Shown: in pieces, positions 25,846 to 34,913 of the stretch | Layout of the letters: each line of letters opens with the position of its first letter | Position numbering within the stretch: the stretch's first letter is position 1 | Source: Micavibrio sp. | GTDB lineage: Bacteria; Pseudomonadota; Alphaproteobacteria; Micavibrionales; UBA2020 | NCBI GenBank assembly: GCA_028283745.1 | Contig: JAPWJZ010000008.1 | Span: forward strand, 715,762 to 779,761 | Length of the DNA stretch: 64,000 nucleotides | Direction: 5' to 3' | Notes under the pieces: model-generated | The model's input: only the letters and a program-made list of their open reading frames with translations | Told to the model about the DNA's origin: nothing | Databases searched by the model: none | Translations under genes and position numbers: made by a program

Positions 25846-26252
25846 GGTCTGTAATACCCCTTGAAACCCCTAGTACAGTCTATCATCGCCCGTGCAGTTG
25901 ATAAAGTAAAGCGAATATACCCTTGGAATCATTCGTCTTTATTTAATTATGGAATATTATTATTCTTATGGTATATAATTGTCGAAATCTTCTTTTCTCT
26001 TTCATTTCAGAGGCACTTCGATTATTGAGTTATGACCTTTCAAAAGGCCTAATTTTCAGTATTGACATAATATTTGACACGACTCTTTTTAAACTGTATA
26101 AAACTTTAGACATAAATCAGTTTGTAACTTTATGACTATATACTCGGACACGTCACATATATAGATGCGCACCGGCGCGCATCCGGGCCCGGGCTAAAAA
26201 CTAAAGCGAAAAGACTACGGATCTTAAGAGCTTCATAAGGGGAATACGCGAC

Positions 26253-29200
26253 ATGACGACGAACACGACTTCTGCAGATCATAGCCAAGTAAACGTACAA
26301 GCCGGTGAAAACACCGTTTTGACGATGCAATTGGGTCAAAGCCTTACGCTCGCGTCGAACGCGGTAGAAGTACAGGGCATGACCATGGACAAGAGCGGCG
26401 CGCTGCTCGTCCAGTTCTCCGACGGTGCCTCCGTCACCATCAAGAATTTCCAGGAAGCCGCCAGCTGCTCCACCGGCTGCACGCTGACGCTCCCCTCCGG
26501 TCAGGCCATCGCCCTGGCTGAACTGGCCCACACGCTCGCTCCTCAGGCGTTGGATCAGGTCGCAGACAATTCCGCTACCGCGCAGATGAAAGAAGCCATC
26601 TCCGTCGTCCATACCGATAAAGCCCCCACGGATGCCGACGTTCACCTCATCAAGATGCCGAACGCCAAGGAAGAGCTCGTCGTCAAGCTCCAGCCCGGCG
26701 ACGAATACAAGTTTGCTTTTGCCATGACCGAGCCGACTGGCGTTCACAACAACAATGGCGAACTCGTCATCACCTTCAAAAACGGCGGGGAAATCATCAT
26801 CCCCAACTACGATTCCGTCAAAGACGCGTCGATGCCCGATTTCATCATGAAAGACGGCACCAAACTTGCGGTCAATGATTTCAGCGACGTCCTCAACACC
26901 GCATCGCAACTGAACGCCGTAGAACCTGCTGCCGGCGGTAACGGCGGCGGTGGCGGCGCAGGCGGCGGCTTCGGCTTCAACTCCGTCTTCACCTCGACCG
27001 CGCTTGACAGCATCAACCCCATCGGCCCCATCGACCGCACCCAGCTGCAATACGGCGTGCCCTTCGCTGAACCGAAACCTTTCATTCAGGCGGAAGATGA
27101 CCCCCTGCGAGCGCCGACGCTTTCCACGGTTAACATCGTCGTCAAGGAAGACAGCACGGCTGCACACCCCAGCACGCCGTTCGACCCCGCGACCCCGCAT
27201 GTCACCAACACGCTTGACATTACCGCCACCCTTAATTCGCCGCATGCCGGCGATGTGCTGACGATCACTGTATCCGGCATCAGCGCTGGTTGGACGGTTG
27301 ATACTTCTGTTTCCGGTGGCACCTATGATGCCGCTTCCGGCACCTGGACGTTGACACTGCCTGCTGGCGTGACCTCCTTCCACGGCGGCCCCGATGTATA
27401 CCCGCCCGCAAACAGCGATGGTGACTTGACTGGCCTGTCTGTCAGCGCAACTGTCACGCGCGGTGCTGATAGCCAGACCGCGACCGGCTCTGAAACCGTT
27501 ATCACTGACGCGGTTGTTGACCCCGTTGGCATCAACGCGCCCGATCACGCGACCGGCACCGAAAGCCACCCCGTCGCCCTCAATATCACCCTGACGCCGA
27601 GCGCCGACCAGGACGGTTCCGAACACGCCGGCAAGATCACCATTTCAGGCCTGCACCTTGCCGATGGCACCGTGCTGACCCTGAACCACGGTACCGACAA
27701 CGGCGACGGCACCTGGACGCTGACGGAAGCTGACCTGACCGGCCTTACCGTTTCTGCCCCGGCTTACTACCATGCAGATGACATCAAGCTGCAGGTGTCC
27801 ATCACTGAAACCGAAGATAACCTGCTGCACCAGGAAGTCGAATACGGCGACAACACCGCGACGACGACCACAAGCATTTCTGTTTCCTTCACCGACACGA
27901 TCGAGCAGCCTTCGCTGAAAGTCCAGAACGTCTGGATCAAGGAAGACAGTGACTACGCGCACAGTGACGACAACCACAATACGCTTAAAATTGATGCCGC
28001 GCTGAACAACCCCGGCCCCGGCGATCACCTTGTCATCACCGTGACCGGCATCGAGCCGGGCTGGACCGTTGACATCCCCCATTCCGGCGGCGTCTTTGAC
28101 GCAGCAACCGGTACCTGGACGCTGACCCTGGATCCTGGCCAGGATTACCATGGCGGCATCGTCCTCGTTCCGCCTGCTGACAGCGACGCAGATCTTTCCA
28201 ACCTGACGGTCACCGCGACCGCGACCGACGGCTCTGTCCACGCCGATACGTCGACGGCTGCTGCCGTTTATACCGATGCCGTCATCGACGCGCCCAGCCT
28301 CACCACCGCTGACGCTTCGGGCAACGAAGACACCACCATCGCCCTTAACATTTCCGTCTCTAAAGGCGGCGACAGCACGGACGGCTCCGAAGTTCTCTCG
28401 CCCGTCACCATCGCTGGCATGCCTGCTGGCGCGACCCTCAACCACGGCCATGACAACGGCGATGGCACCTGGACGCTGACCACCGGCGACCTTTCCGGCC
28501 TCACTATTACGCCCGCGCACAACTACAACGGTGACATCACGCTCACCGTTTCTGTGACGGATACCGAAACCAACCTGTCCGGCTTGGAAAACGACACCAC
28601 CGACAACTCTGCCACTGCGACCGGCACGATCGTTGTTCACGTCGCGCCTGTTTCGGATGACCCGACCTGCGATGCGCATGATGCGCAAGTCAAGGAAGAC
28701 GGTTCCGTTCAGCTCGTCGTTGATGCAGGTCTTGCACCCGGCGCATTCGCGACCGATTACCTTGTTGTCACCATCACCGGCATCACTGCCGGCTGGGGCG
28801 TGGATACCTCGACCTCCGGCGGCACCTATAACGCTGCTACCGGCACCTGGACCCTGAAAGTTCCGGCGGGTACCGACTTCCATGGCGGTCCGACATTCTC
28901 GCCGCCGCATGACAGCGACGTTGACCTGACCGGCCTGACCGTCACCACGACGCAGTACGACAGCACCAACACCGCCGTCGGTTCTGCAACCGACCATGCC
29001 GGCATCGTCGTTGACGCAGTCATCGATGCGCCCAGCCTTGACGTGCATAACGCGAATGGCAACGAAGATACCGCCATCGCCCTCAACATCGGCGTCTCCA
29101 AAGGCGGCGACAGCACGGATGGTTCCGAAGTTCTCTCGCCCATCACCATTGGCGGCGTGCCTGCCGGCGCGACCCTTAACCATGGCCATGACAATGGCGA

Positions 29201-32200
29201 CGGCACCTGGACGCTGACCCCCGCCGACCTGACCGGCCTCACCATTACGCCCGCGCACAACTACAACGGCAGCTTTGACCTTACCGTTTCTGTGACGGAT
29301 ACCGAAACCAACCTGTCCGGCGGCGAATACGACACCACCGACAACTCGGCAACCGCGACCGGCACCGTGCATGTTACGGTCAACCCGGTTGATGATAACC
29401 CGACCTGCGATGTGCATGACGCACAGGTGAAGGAAGATGGCTCCGTCCAGCTGGTGGTTGACTCAAGTCCCGCGGCAGGCAGCACGCCGACCGACTACCT
29501 TGTCATCACCATCACCGGCATCACCACCGGCTGGGGCGTGGATACATCGACTTCCGGCGGCACCTATGACGCAAAGACCGGCACCTGGACACTGACAGTT
29601 CCTGCTGGTTCCGACTTCCATGGCGGCCCGACCTTCTCCCCGCCGCATGACAGCGACGTTGACCTGACCGGCCTGCATGTCACCTCGACGCAGTATGACC
29701 ATGACGGCAACGTGCTTGGTTCCGCAACCGATACCGGCAGCATCGTCGTTGACGCAGTCATCGATGCGCCGACCATCACGTCTCCCGATGCGCAAGGCAA
29801 CGAAGATACCGCCATTCCGCTTACCATCAACGTCTCCAAAGGCGGCGACAGCACGGACGGTTCGGAAGTTCTCTCGCCCGTCACCATCGCCGGCATTCCT
29901 GCCGGCGCGACCCTCAACCACGGCCATGACAATGGCGACGGCACCTGGACGCTGACCACCGGCGACCTTTCCGGCCTCACCATCACCCCGCCGCACAACT
30001 ACAGCGGCACCTTCGATATTTCCGTGTCGGTGACAGATACTGAAACCAACCTGTCCGGCGGCGAATACGACACCACCGACAACTCGGCCACCGCGACTGA
30101 CATCATCCACGTGACCGTCAACCCCGTTGCCGACGCGCCGACGCTGTGCGTCGCCGACCAGTGGGTGAAGGAAGACGGTTCCGTCAAGCTGAGCATCCAG
30201 GCGAACCTGACCGATACCGACGGTTCCGAGCACCTCACCGTCACCATCGCCGGCATCGGCGCTGGCTGGGGCGTGGATACGTCCAAATCGGGCGGCACCT
30301 ACGATGCGGCGCACGGTACCTGGACGATTACGCTTCCGCCCGGTGTCAACTTCGATGGCGGCCCGACCCTGTCTCCGCCCGCCAACAGCGACGCTGACCT
30401 GACCGGCCTTACCGTCACCGCTACCTCGACCGAGGGCGCGAATGGCTCTGCCGCCACCACCACCGGCATCGTCAACGTCTATACCGACGCTGTCGTTGAC
30501 CACATTACGGTTTCGGCTTCCGCCACTTCCGGCCACAACAATTCCGATATCCCGCTGACCATCACCATCGGCGCAAGCGCGGATAAAGACGGCTCCGAGG
30601 GTGTGACCAAGGTTGTTATCTCGGGCGTGCCGACCGGCGCTTCCCTGAACCATGGCCATGACAACGGCGACGGTACCTGGACTCTGACGCAATCCGAACT
30701 GAACGGCCTGACCTATCATGCCGCCAGCACTTCTTCGGGCACCGTGAAACTGACCGTTGCCGTGACCGAGCAGGAAACCAACCTGTCTGGCCAGGAAAAC
30801 GACCTGACCGACAACACTTACGTTGCAACCACCACGCTCAACGTCGGCGTCACCTGCGATCCGAACCCGCCTTCGCTCTGCGTCAACGACGTATGGGTAA
30901 AAGAAGACCATTCGGTACAGCTGAACGTGCAGGCTTCGCTGGATCATCCGCAATCGTCGGCTGAACACCTTGTTATCACCATCACCGGCATTCAGGCTGG
31001 CTGGGCGGTTGATACCTCGGCTTCGGGCGGTACGTACAACGCGGCTACCGGCACCTGGACTGTTTCGCTGCCCGCTGGCGCAAGCTTCAACGGCGGCCCC
31101 ACGCTGACCCCGCCTGCCAACAGCGATGCTGACCTGACCGGCCTGCACGTTACGGCAGTCGCAACCGACGGCACGTATTCCGCCACCACCAACGGCACCG
31201 AGAACGTGTTTGTTGACGCGGTTGTTGACGCAATCACCGTTACGGCTTCTGCCGCTTCCGGCCACAACAACACCGACATCCCCCTGACCATCAATATCGG
31301 CGCAAGCGCGGATAAAGACGGTTCCGAGGGCGTCACCAAAATCGTCATCTCCGGCGTGCCGACCGGCGCTTCCCTGAACCATGGCCATAACAATGGCGAC
31401 GGTACCTGGACGCTGTCGTCGTCGGACCTCAACGGCCTGACCTATCATGCTGCCAGCACATCTTCGGGCACCGTGAAGCTGACCGTTGCCGTGACCGAAC
31501 AGGAAACCGTTCTGTCTGGCCAGGAAAACGACCTGACCGACAACACCTACGTTGCAACCACCACGCTCAACGTCGGCGTCACCTGCGATCCGAACCCGCC
31601 CACGCTCTGCGTTACCGATGTCTGGACCTATGAAGACAAATCGGTTGCGCTCAACGTGCAAGCGTCGCTGGATCACCCGCAATCGACTTCCGAACACCTC
31701 GTCATCACCATCAGCGGCATCGCAGCCGGCTGGACGGTCGATACGTCGAAATCGGGCGGCACCTACGATGCAGCGCACGGCACCTGGACGATTACGCTGC
31801 CGAACGGCGCAAGCTACAACGGCGGCCCCACGCTGACCCCGCCTGCCAACAGCGATGCTGACCTGACCGGCCTGCACGTTACGGCAGTTGCAACGGATGG
31901 CACGTATTCCGCCACCACCAACGGCACCGAGAACGTGTTTGTTGACGCGGTTGTTGATGCAATCACCGTTACGGCTTCTGCCGCTTCCGGCCACACCCAC
32001 ACCGACATCCCCCTGACCATCACGATTGGTGCCAGCGCGGATAAAGATGGCTCCGAAGGTGTGACCAAGGTTGTTATCTCGGGCGTGCCGACCGGCGCTT
32101 CCCTGAACCATGGCCATAACAACGGCGATGGCACCTGGACGCTGACACAAGGCGACCTGAACGGCCTGACCTTCCACCCGGCTGACAGCTCCGCCAGCAA

Positions 32201-34829
32201 CGTGCAGCTGACCGTTGCCGTGACCGAACAGGAAACCGTCCTGTCCGGCCAGGAACTGACGACCAACAACAACACGTATGTCGCCACGACAACCATCAAC
32301 GTCGGCGTCACCTGCGATCCGAACCCGCCTGTCCTCTGCGTCTCCGACGTCTGGGTGAAGGAAGACCATTCGGTGCAGCTGAACGTGCAGGCAACGCTGG
32401 ATCACCCGCAGACCAAGGAATTCCTGGTTGTCACCATCAGCGGCATCGCTGCCGGCTGGACGGTGGACACCTCGCATTCCGGCGGTACCTACGATGCGGC
32501 GCACGGCACCTGGACCATCACGCTGCCCCCGGGCGTTAACTTCGACGGCGGCCCGACGCTGACCCCGCCGACCGACAGCGATGTGGACCTGACCGGCCTG
32601 AAAGTCACCGCGACCTCGACCGATGGCACCTATTCGTCCACCACCAACGGCACCGAGAACGTGTTCGTTGACGCGGTTGTCGACCCCATCACCATCGCCG
32701 CGCATGACACCACCGGCCGTGAAGGCACCGCCATTGCCCTGACCATCACCATCGGCCAGAGCCATGACCACACCGACGGTTCCGAAGGCGTGACGAAAGT
32801 TGTCATCTCCGGCGTGCCGGCGGATGCGATCCTGAACCACGGCGTGCATAACACCGACGGTACCTGGACGCTGAGCCAGGCTGACCTGACGGGCCTCACC
32901 ATCACCCCGGCTGTCGGCTACATGGGCGCCATCAACCTCACCATCGCCGCGACCGAGCAGGAAACCAAGCTCAGCGGTTCGGAAAACGACTATACCGACA
33001 ACACCTATGTTGCGACCACGCACCTTGGCGTTGACGTGTATTGCGATCCGCATCCGCCTTCTCTCTGCGTCTATGACGTCTGGGTGAAGGAAGACAGCTC
33101 CAAGGGCGTTGCGCTGAACATTCAGGCATCCCTCGACAACCCGCACGTGGGCGAACATCTGGTCATCACCGTCAGCGGCTTCCAGGCTGGCTGGACGGTT
33201 GATACCTCGAAGTCCGGCGGCACCTATGACGCAGCGCACGGCGTGTGGACCATCACACTGCCCGAAGGCGCAAGCTTCAACGGCGGCCCCACGGTCTTCG
33301 CACCCGCCAACAGCGACGTTGACATGGACAACCTGCACATCGTTGCAACCGCGACCGACGGCGTGGCTTCGGCCTCCACCTTCGGTATCGAGAACGTCTA
33401 TGTTGACGCAGTTGTCGATACGCCGGTGCTGACGGTTCCCGCATCCGTGAACTATCTGTGGATCATCGACCAGTCCAACCCGTCGCCGCTGGCCATCAGC
33501 TCGCATGTGACGGATACCGACGGTTCCGAGAAGATCTCCAAGATCGTCATCAACCTCAACAACGCCTTCACCAACCCCGTCACCGGTTACAACGACCTTG
33601 ACGATGCTGGCGTCTACCTCAACAAAGGCACGGAAACCTCCCCGGGTATCTGGACCATCAACGTCAACGCCCAGGACGCGTCCACCGCGCTCAACGGCCT
33701 CGCGCTGATGACCCCGACCAGCGAAAACTACTACTGGGCACTCCATAACGGTCCGCACAGCGGCACCATTACGGTCCAGTCGTATGTGACCGACGGTACC
33801 CCGGGCAGCGCCGAGTATGACCTGAACGACAACACGACCGTCGTGACCCAGAACATCAGCTACACCTTCTCGGTGTCGCCGCTGGTGATCGACCTGAACG
33901 GCGACGGTTTCAACCTCGTGAACCAAAGCGCGGGCGTGAAGTTCGACATGACCAACGACGGCCATGCGGATGCAACGTCCTGGGTTGCGGCGACCGACGG
34001 TTTCCTCGCGATTGACACCAACCACGACGGCGTCATCAACAACCAGAGCGAGCTGTTCGGCGATACCGCGACGAAAGTTGATGGCTTTGCCAACCTTGCG
34101 CAGTACGACACCAACCACGACGGCGTTATCAATGCCAACGACGCGGCCTTCAAAGACCTCGTCATCTGGCAGGATACCAACCAGAACGGCGTGTCGGATG
34201 CGGGCGAGCTGCACCACCTCGGCGACTACGGCATCGACTCCATCAGCCTGACGACGACGGCTGTCAACCAGACCATCGGCGACAGCACCGTCACCACCGT
34301 GTCCACCGTCACTTATGCCGACGGCCACACGACGCAGGCGGGCGATGCATGGTTCAACGTGGCGGATGCGACCGACCATACCGGCGTGACTGTTGACGGC
34401 ACGGCTGCCAACGACATTATGTACGGCACCGCGAAGAACGACCACCTGTCGGGTGGCGACGGCTTCAACCAGCTCTATGGCGGCGACGGCGACGATATCC
34501 TTGTTGCAAACGGCGGCGTCAACGAGCTGACCGGCGGCACGGGTGCGGATACGTTCCTCATCCAGCATGCAGCTGGCCAAAACGTCGATACCATTAAAGA
34601 CTTCAACGTGGCCGAAGGCGACAAACTGGATATCTCCGATGTCCTGACCAACTTCGACCCGCTGACCAGCTCTTTACATAACTTTGTCAACGTTGTTCAG
34701 GAAGGTGGCAACTCCATCGTCCAGATTGACCAGACGGGTACCGGTCATGCGTTCCAGAACGTTGTCGTTCTTGAAGGCGTCTCGATCGACATCGATACGC
34801 TGGCACAGCATGGTAATTTGATTGCCTAA
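26253..34829 (+). CDS. Giant (2858 aa) repeat-built RTX-type adhesin secreted by type I secretion
   Basis: N-terminal non-repeat region. Nine ~243-268-aa modules, each with VKEDxS...GW(T/G)VDTSxSGGTYDAAxGTWT and GNEDTAIxL...DGSE...LNHGHDNGDGTWTL (T1SS-143/VCBS-like by recollection). Asp-rich DxNxDG Ca-binding-like segment. RTX nonapeptides GGDGFNQLYGGDGDDILVANGGVNELTGGTGADTF. C-terminal DTIKDFNVAEGDKLDISDVL...VQIDQTG resembles the T1SS C-terminal target domain. T1SS genes follow. Confidence 0.93.
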   Translation: MTTNTTSADHSQVNVQAGENTVLTMQLGQSLTLASNAVEVQGMTMDKSGALLVQFSDGASVTIKNFQEAASCSTGCTLTLPSGQAIALAELAHTLAPQALDQVADNSATAQMKEAISVVHTDKAPTDADVHLIKMPNAKEELVVKLQPGDEYKFAFAMTEPTGVHNNNGELVITFKNGGEIIIPNYDSVKDASMPDFIMKDGTKLAVNDFSDVLNTASQLNAVEPAAGGNGGGGGAGGGFGFNSVFTSTALDSINPIGPIDRTQLQYGVPFAEPKPFIQAEDDPLRAPTLSTVNIVVKEDSTAAHPSTPFDPATPHVTNTLDITATLNSPHAGDVLTITVSGISAGWTVDTSVSGGTYDAASGTWTLTLPAGVTSFHGGPDVYPPANSDGDLTGLSVSATVTRGADSQTATGSETVITDAVVDPVGINAPDHATGTESHPVALNITLTPSADQDGSEHAGKITISGLHLADGTVLTLNHGTDNGDGTWTLTEADLTGLTVSAPAYYHADDIKLQVSITETEDNLLHQEVEYGDNTATTTTSISVSFTDTIEQPSLKVQNVWIKEDSDYAHSDDNHNTLKIDAALNNPGPGDHLVITVTGIEPGWTVDIPHSGGVFDAATGTWTLTLDPGQDYHGGIVLVPPADSDADLSNLTVTATATDGSVHADTSTAAAVYTDAVIDAPSLTTADASGNEDTTIALNISVSKGGDSTDGSEVLSPVTIAGMPAGATLNHGHDNGDGTWTLTTGDLSGLTITPAHNYNGDITLTVSVTDTETNLSGLENDTTDNSATATGTIVVHVAPVSDDPTCDAHDAQVKEDGSVQLVVDAGLAPGAFATDYLVVTITGITAGWGVDTSTSGGTYNAATGTWTLKVPAGTDFHGGPTFSPPHDSDVDLTGLTVTTTQYDSTNTAVGSATDHAGIVVDAVIDAPSLDVHNANGNEDTAIALNIGVSKGGDSTDGSEVLSPITIGGVPAGATLNHGHDNGDGTWTLTPADLTGLTITPAHNYNGSFDLTVSVTDTETNLSGGEYDTTDNSATATGTVHVTVNPVDDNPTCDVHDAQVKEDGSVQLVVDSSPAAGSTPTDYLVITITGITTGWGVDTSTSGGTYDAKTGTWTLTVPAGSDFHGGPTFSPPHDSDVDLTGLHVTSTQYDHDGNVLGSATDTGSIVVDAVIDAPTITSPDAQGNEDTAIPLTINVSKGGDSTDGSEVLSPVTIAGIPAGATLNHGHDNGDGTWTLTTGDLSGLTITPPHNYSGTFDISVSVTDTETNLSGGEYDTTDNSATATDIIHVTVNPVADAPTLCVADQWVKEDGSVKLSIQANLTDTDGSEHLTVTIAGIGAGWGVDTSKSGGTYDAAHGTWTITLPPGVNFDGGPTLSPPANSDADLTGLTVTATSTEGANGSAATTTGIVNVYTDAVVDHITVSASATSGHNNSDIPLTITIGASADKDGSEGVTKVVISGVPTGASLNHGHDNGDGTWTLTQSELNGLTYHAASTSSGTVKLTVAVTEQETNLSGQENDLTDNTYVATTTLNVGVTCDPNPPSLCVNDVWVKEDHSVQLNVQASLDHPQSSAEHLVITITGIQAGWAVDTSASGGTYNAATGTWTVSLPAGASFNGGPTLTPPANSDADLTGLHVTAVATDGTYSATTNGTENVFVDAVVDAITVTASAASGHNNTDIPLTINIGASADKDGSEGVTKIVISGVPTGASLNHGHNNGDGTWTLSSSDLNGLTYHAASTSSGTVKLTVAVTEQETVLSGQENDLTDNTYVATTTLNVGVTCDPNPPTLCVTDVWTYEDKSVALNVQASLDHPQSTSEHLVITISGIAAGWTVDTSKSGGTYDAAHGTWTITLPNGASYNGGPTLTPPANSDADLTGLHVTAVATDGTYSATTNGTENVFVDAVVDAITVTASAASGHTHTDIPLTITIGASADKDGSEGVTKVVISGVPTGASLNHGHNNGDGTWTLTQGDLNGLTFHPADSSASNVQLTVAVTEQETVLSGQELTTNNNTYVATTTINVGVTCDPNPPVLCVSDVWVKEDHSVQLNVQATLDHPQTKEFLVVTISGIAAGWTVDTSHSGGTYDAAHGTWTITLPPGVNFDGGPTLTPPTDSDVDLTGLKVTATSTDGTYSSTTNGTENVFVDAVVDPITIAAHDTTGREGTAIALTITIGQSHDHTDGSEGVTKVVISGVPADAILNHGVHNTDGTWTLSQADLTGLTITPAVGYMGAINLTIAATEQETKLSGSENDYTDNTYVATTHLGVDVYCDPHPPSLCVYDVWVKEDSSKGVALNIQASLDNPHVGEHLVITVSGFQAGWTVDTSKSGGTYDAAHGVWTITLPEGASFNGGPTVFAPANSDVDMDNLHIVATATDGVASASTFGIENVYVDAVVDTPVLTVPASVNYLWIIDQSNPSPLAISSHVTDTDGSEKISKIVINLNNAFTNPVTGYNDLDDAGVYLNKGTETSPGIWTINVNAQDASTALNGLALMTPTSENYYWALHNGPHSGTITVQSYVTDGTPGSAEYDLNDNTTVVTQNISYTFSVSPLVIDLNGDGFNLVNQSAGVKFDMTNDGHADATSWVAATDGFLAIDTNHDGVINNQSELFGDTATKVDGFANLAQYDTNHDGVINANDAAFKDLVIWQDTNQNGVSDAGELHHLGDYGIDSISLTTTAVNQTIGDSTVTTVSTVTYADGHTTQAGDAWFNVADATDHTGVTVDGTAANDIMYGTAKNDHLSGGDGFNQLYGGDGDDILVANGGVNELTGGTGADTFLIQHAAGQNVDTIKDFNVAEGDKLDISDVLTNFDPLTSSLHNFVNVVQEGGNSIVQIDQTGTGHAFQNVVVLEGVSIDIDTLAQHGNLIA
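27120..33440 (+). repeat. Nine tandem coding repeats of ~729-800 bp inside the adhesin gene
   Basis: The boundary Cys codon recurs at 28668, 29406, 30147, 30879, 31608, 32337 and 33066. The last four spacings are exactly 729 bp. Long near-identical DNA stretches are shared between the 30.85-31.57, 31.58-32.30 and 32.31-33.03 kb units (e.g. cacctgcgatccgaacccgcc). Confidence 0.9.
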
Positions 34830-34849
34830 CCAAAAAGAATGATGTAAGC

Positions 34850-34881
34850 ATTGAGGCTGCGGAAACTACCGCAGCCTCAAT
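34850..34881 (+). terminator. Perfect 13-bp stem-loop between the adhesin gene and tolC (candidate attenuator/partial terminator)
   Basis: ATTGAGGCTGCGGaaactaCCGCAGCCTCAAT. There is no clean T-tract afterwards. Confidence 0.5.
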
Positions 34882-34913
34882 TGCATTATAACCTTTTCTA
34901 AACAAGGGCCTAA

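Noticed and set aside
26136-34580. Very long minus-strand ORFs (26136-27626, 27645-29417 and 29463-34580, the last one 1705 aa) opposite the giant adhesin gene.
   Set aside because: Their products are Arg/Gly/Val/Ala-rich low-complexity strings with no motifs. They mirror the repeat period of the plus-strand gene and arise because a GC3-saturated Asp/Gly/Thr-rich frame has few antisense stops. The plus strand carries all recognisable domains, an RBS and the downstream T1SS genes.
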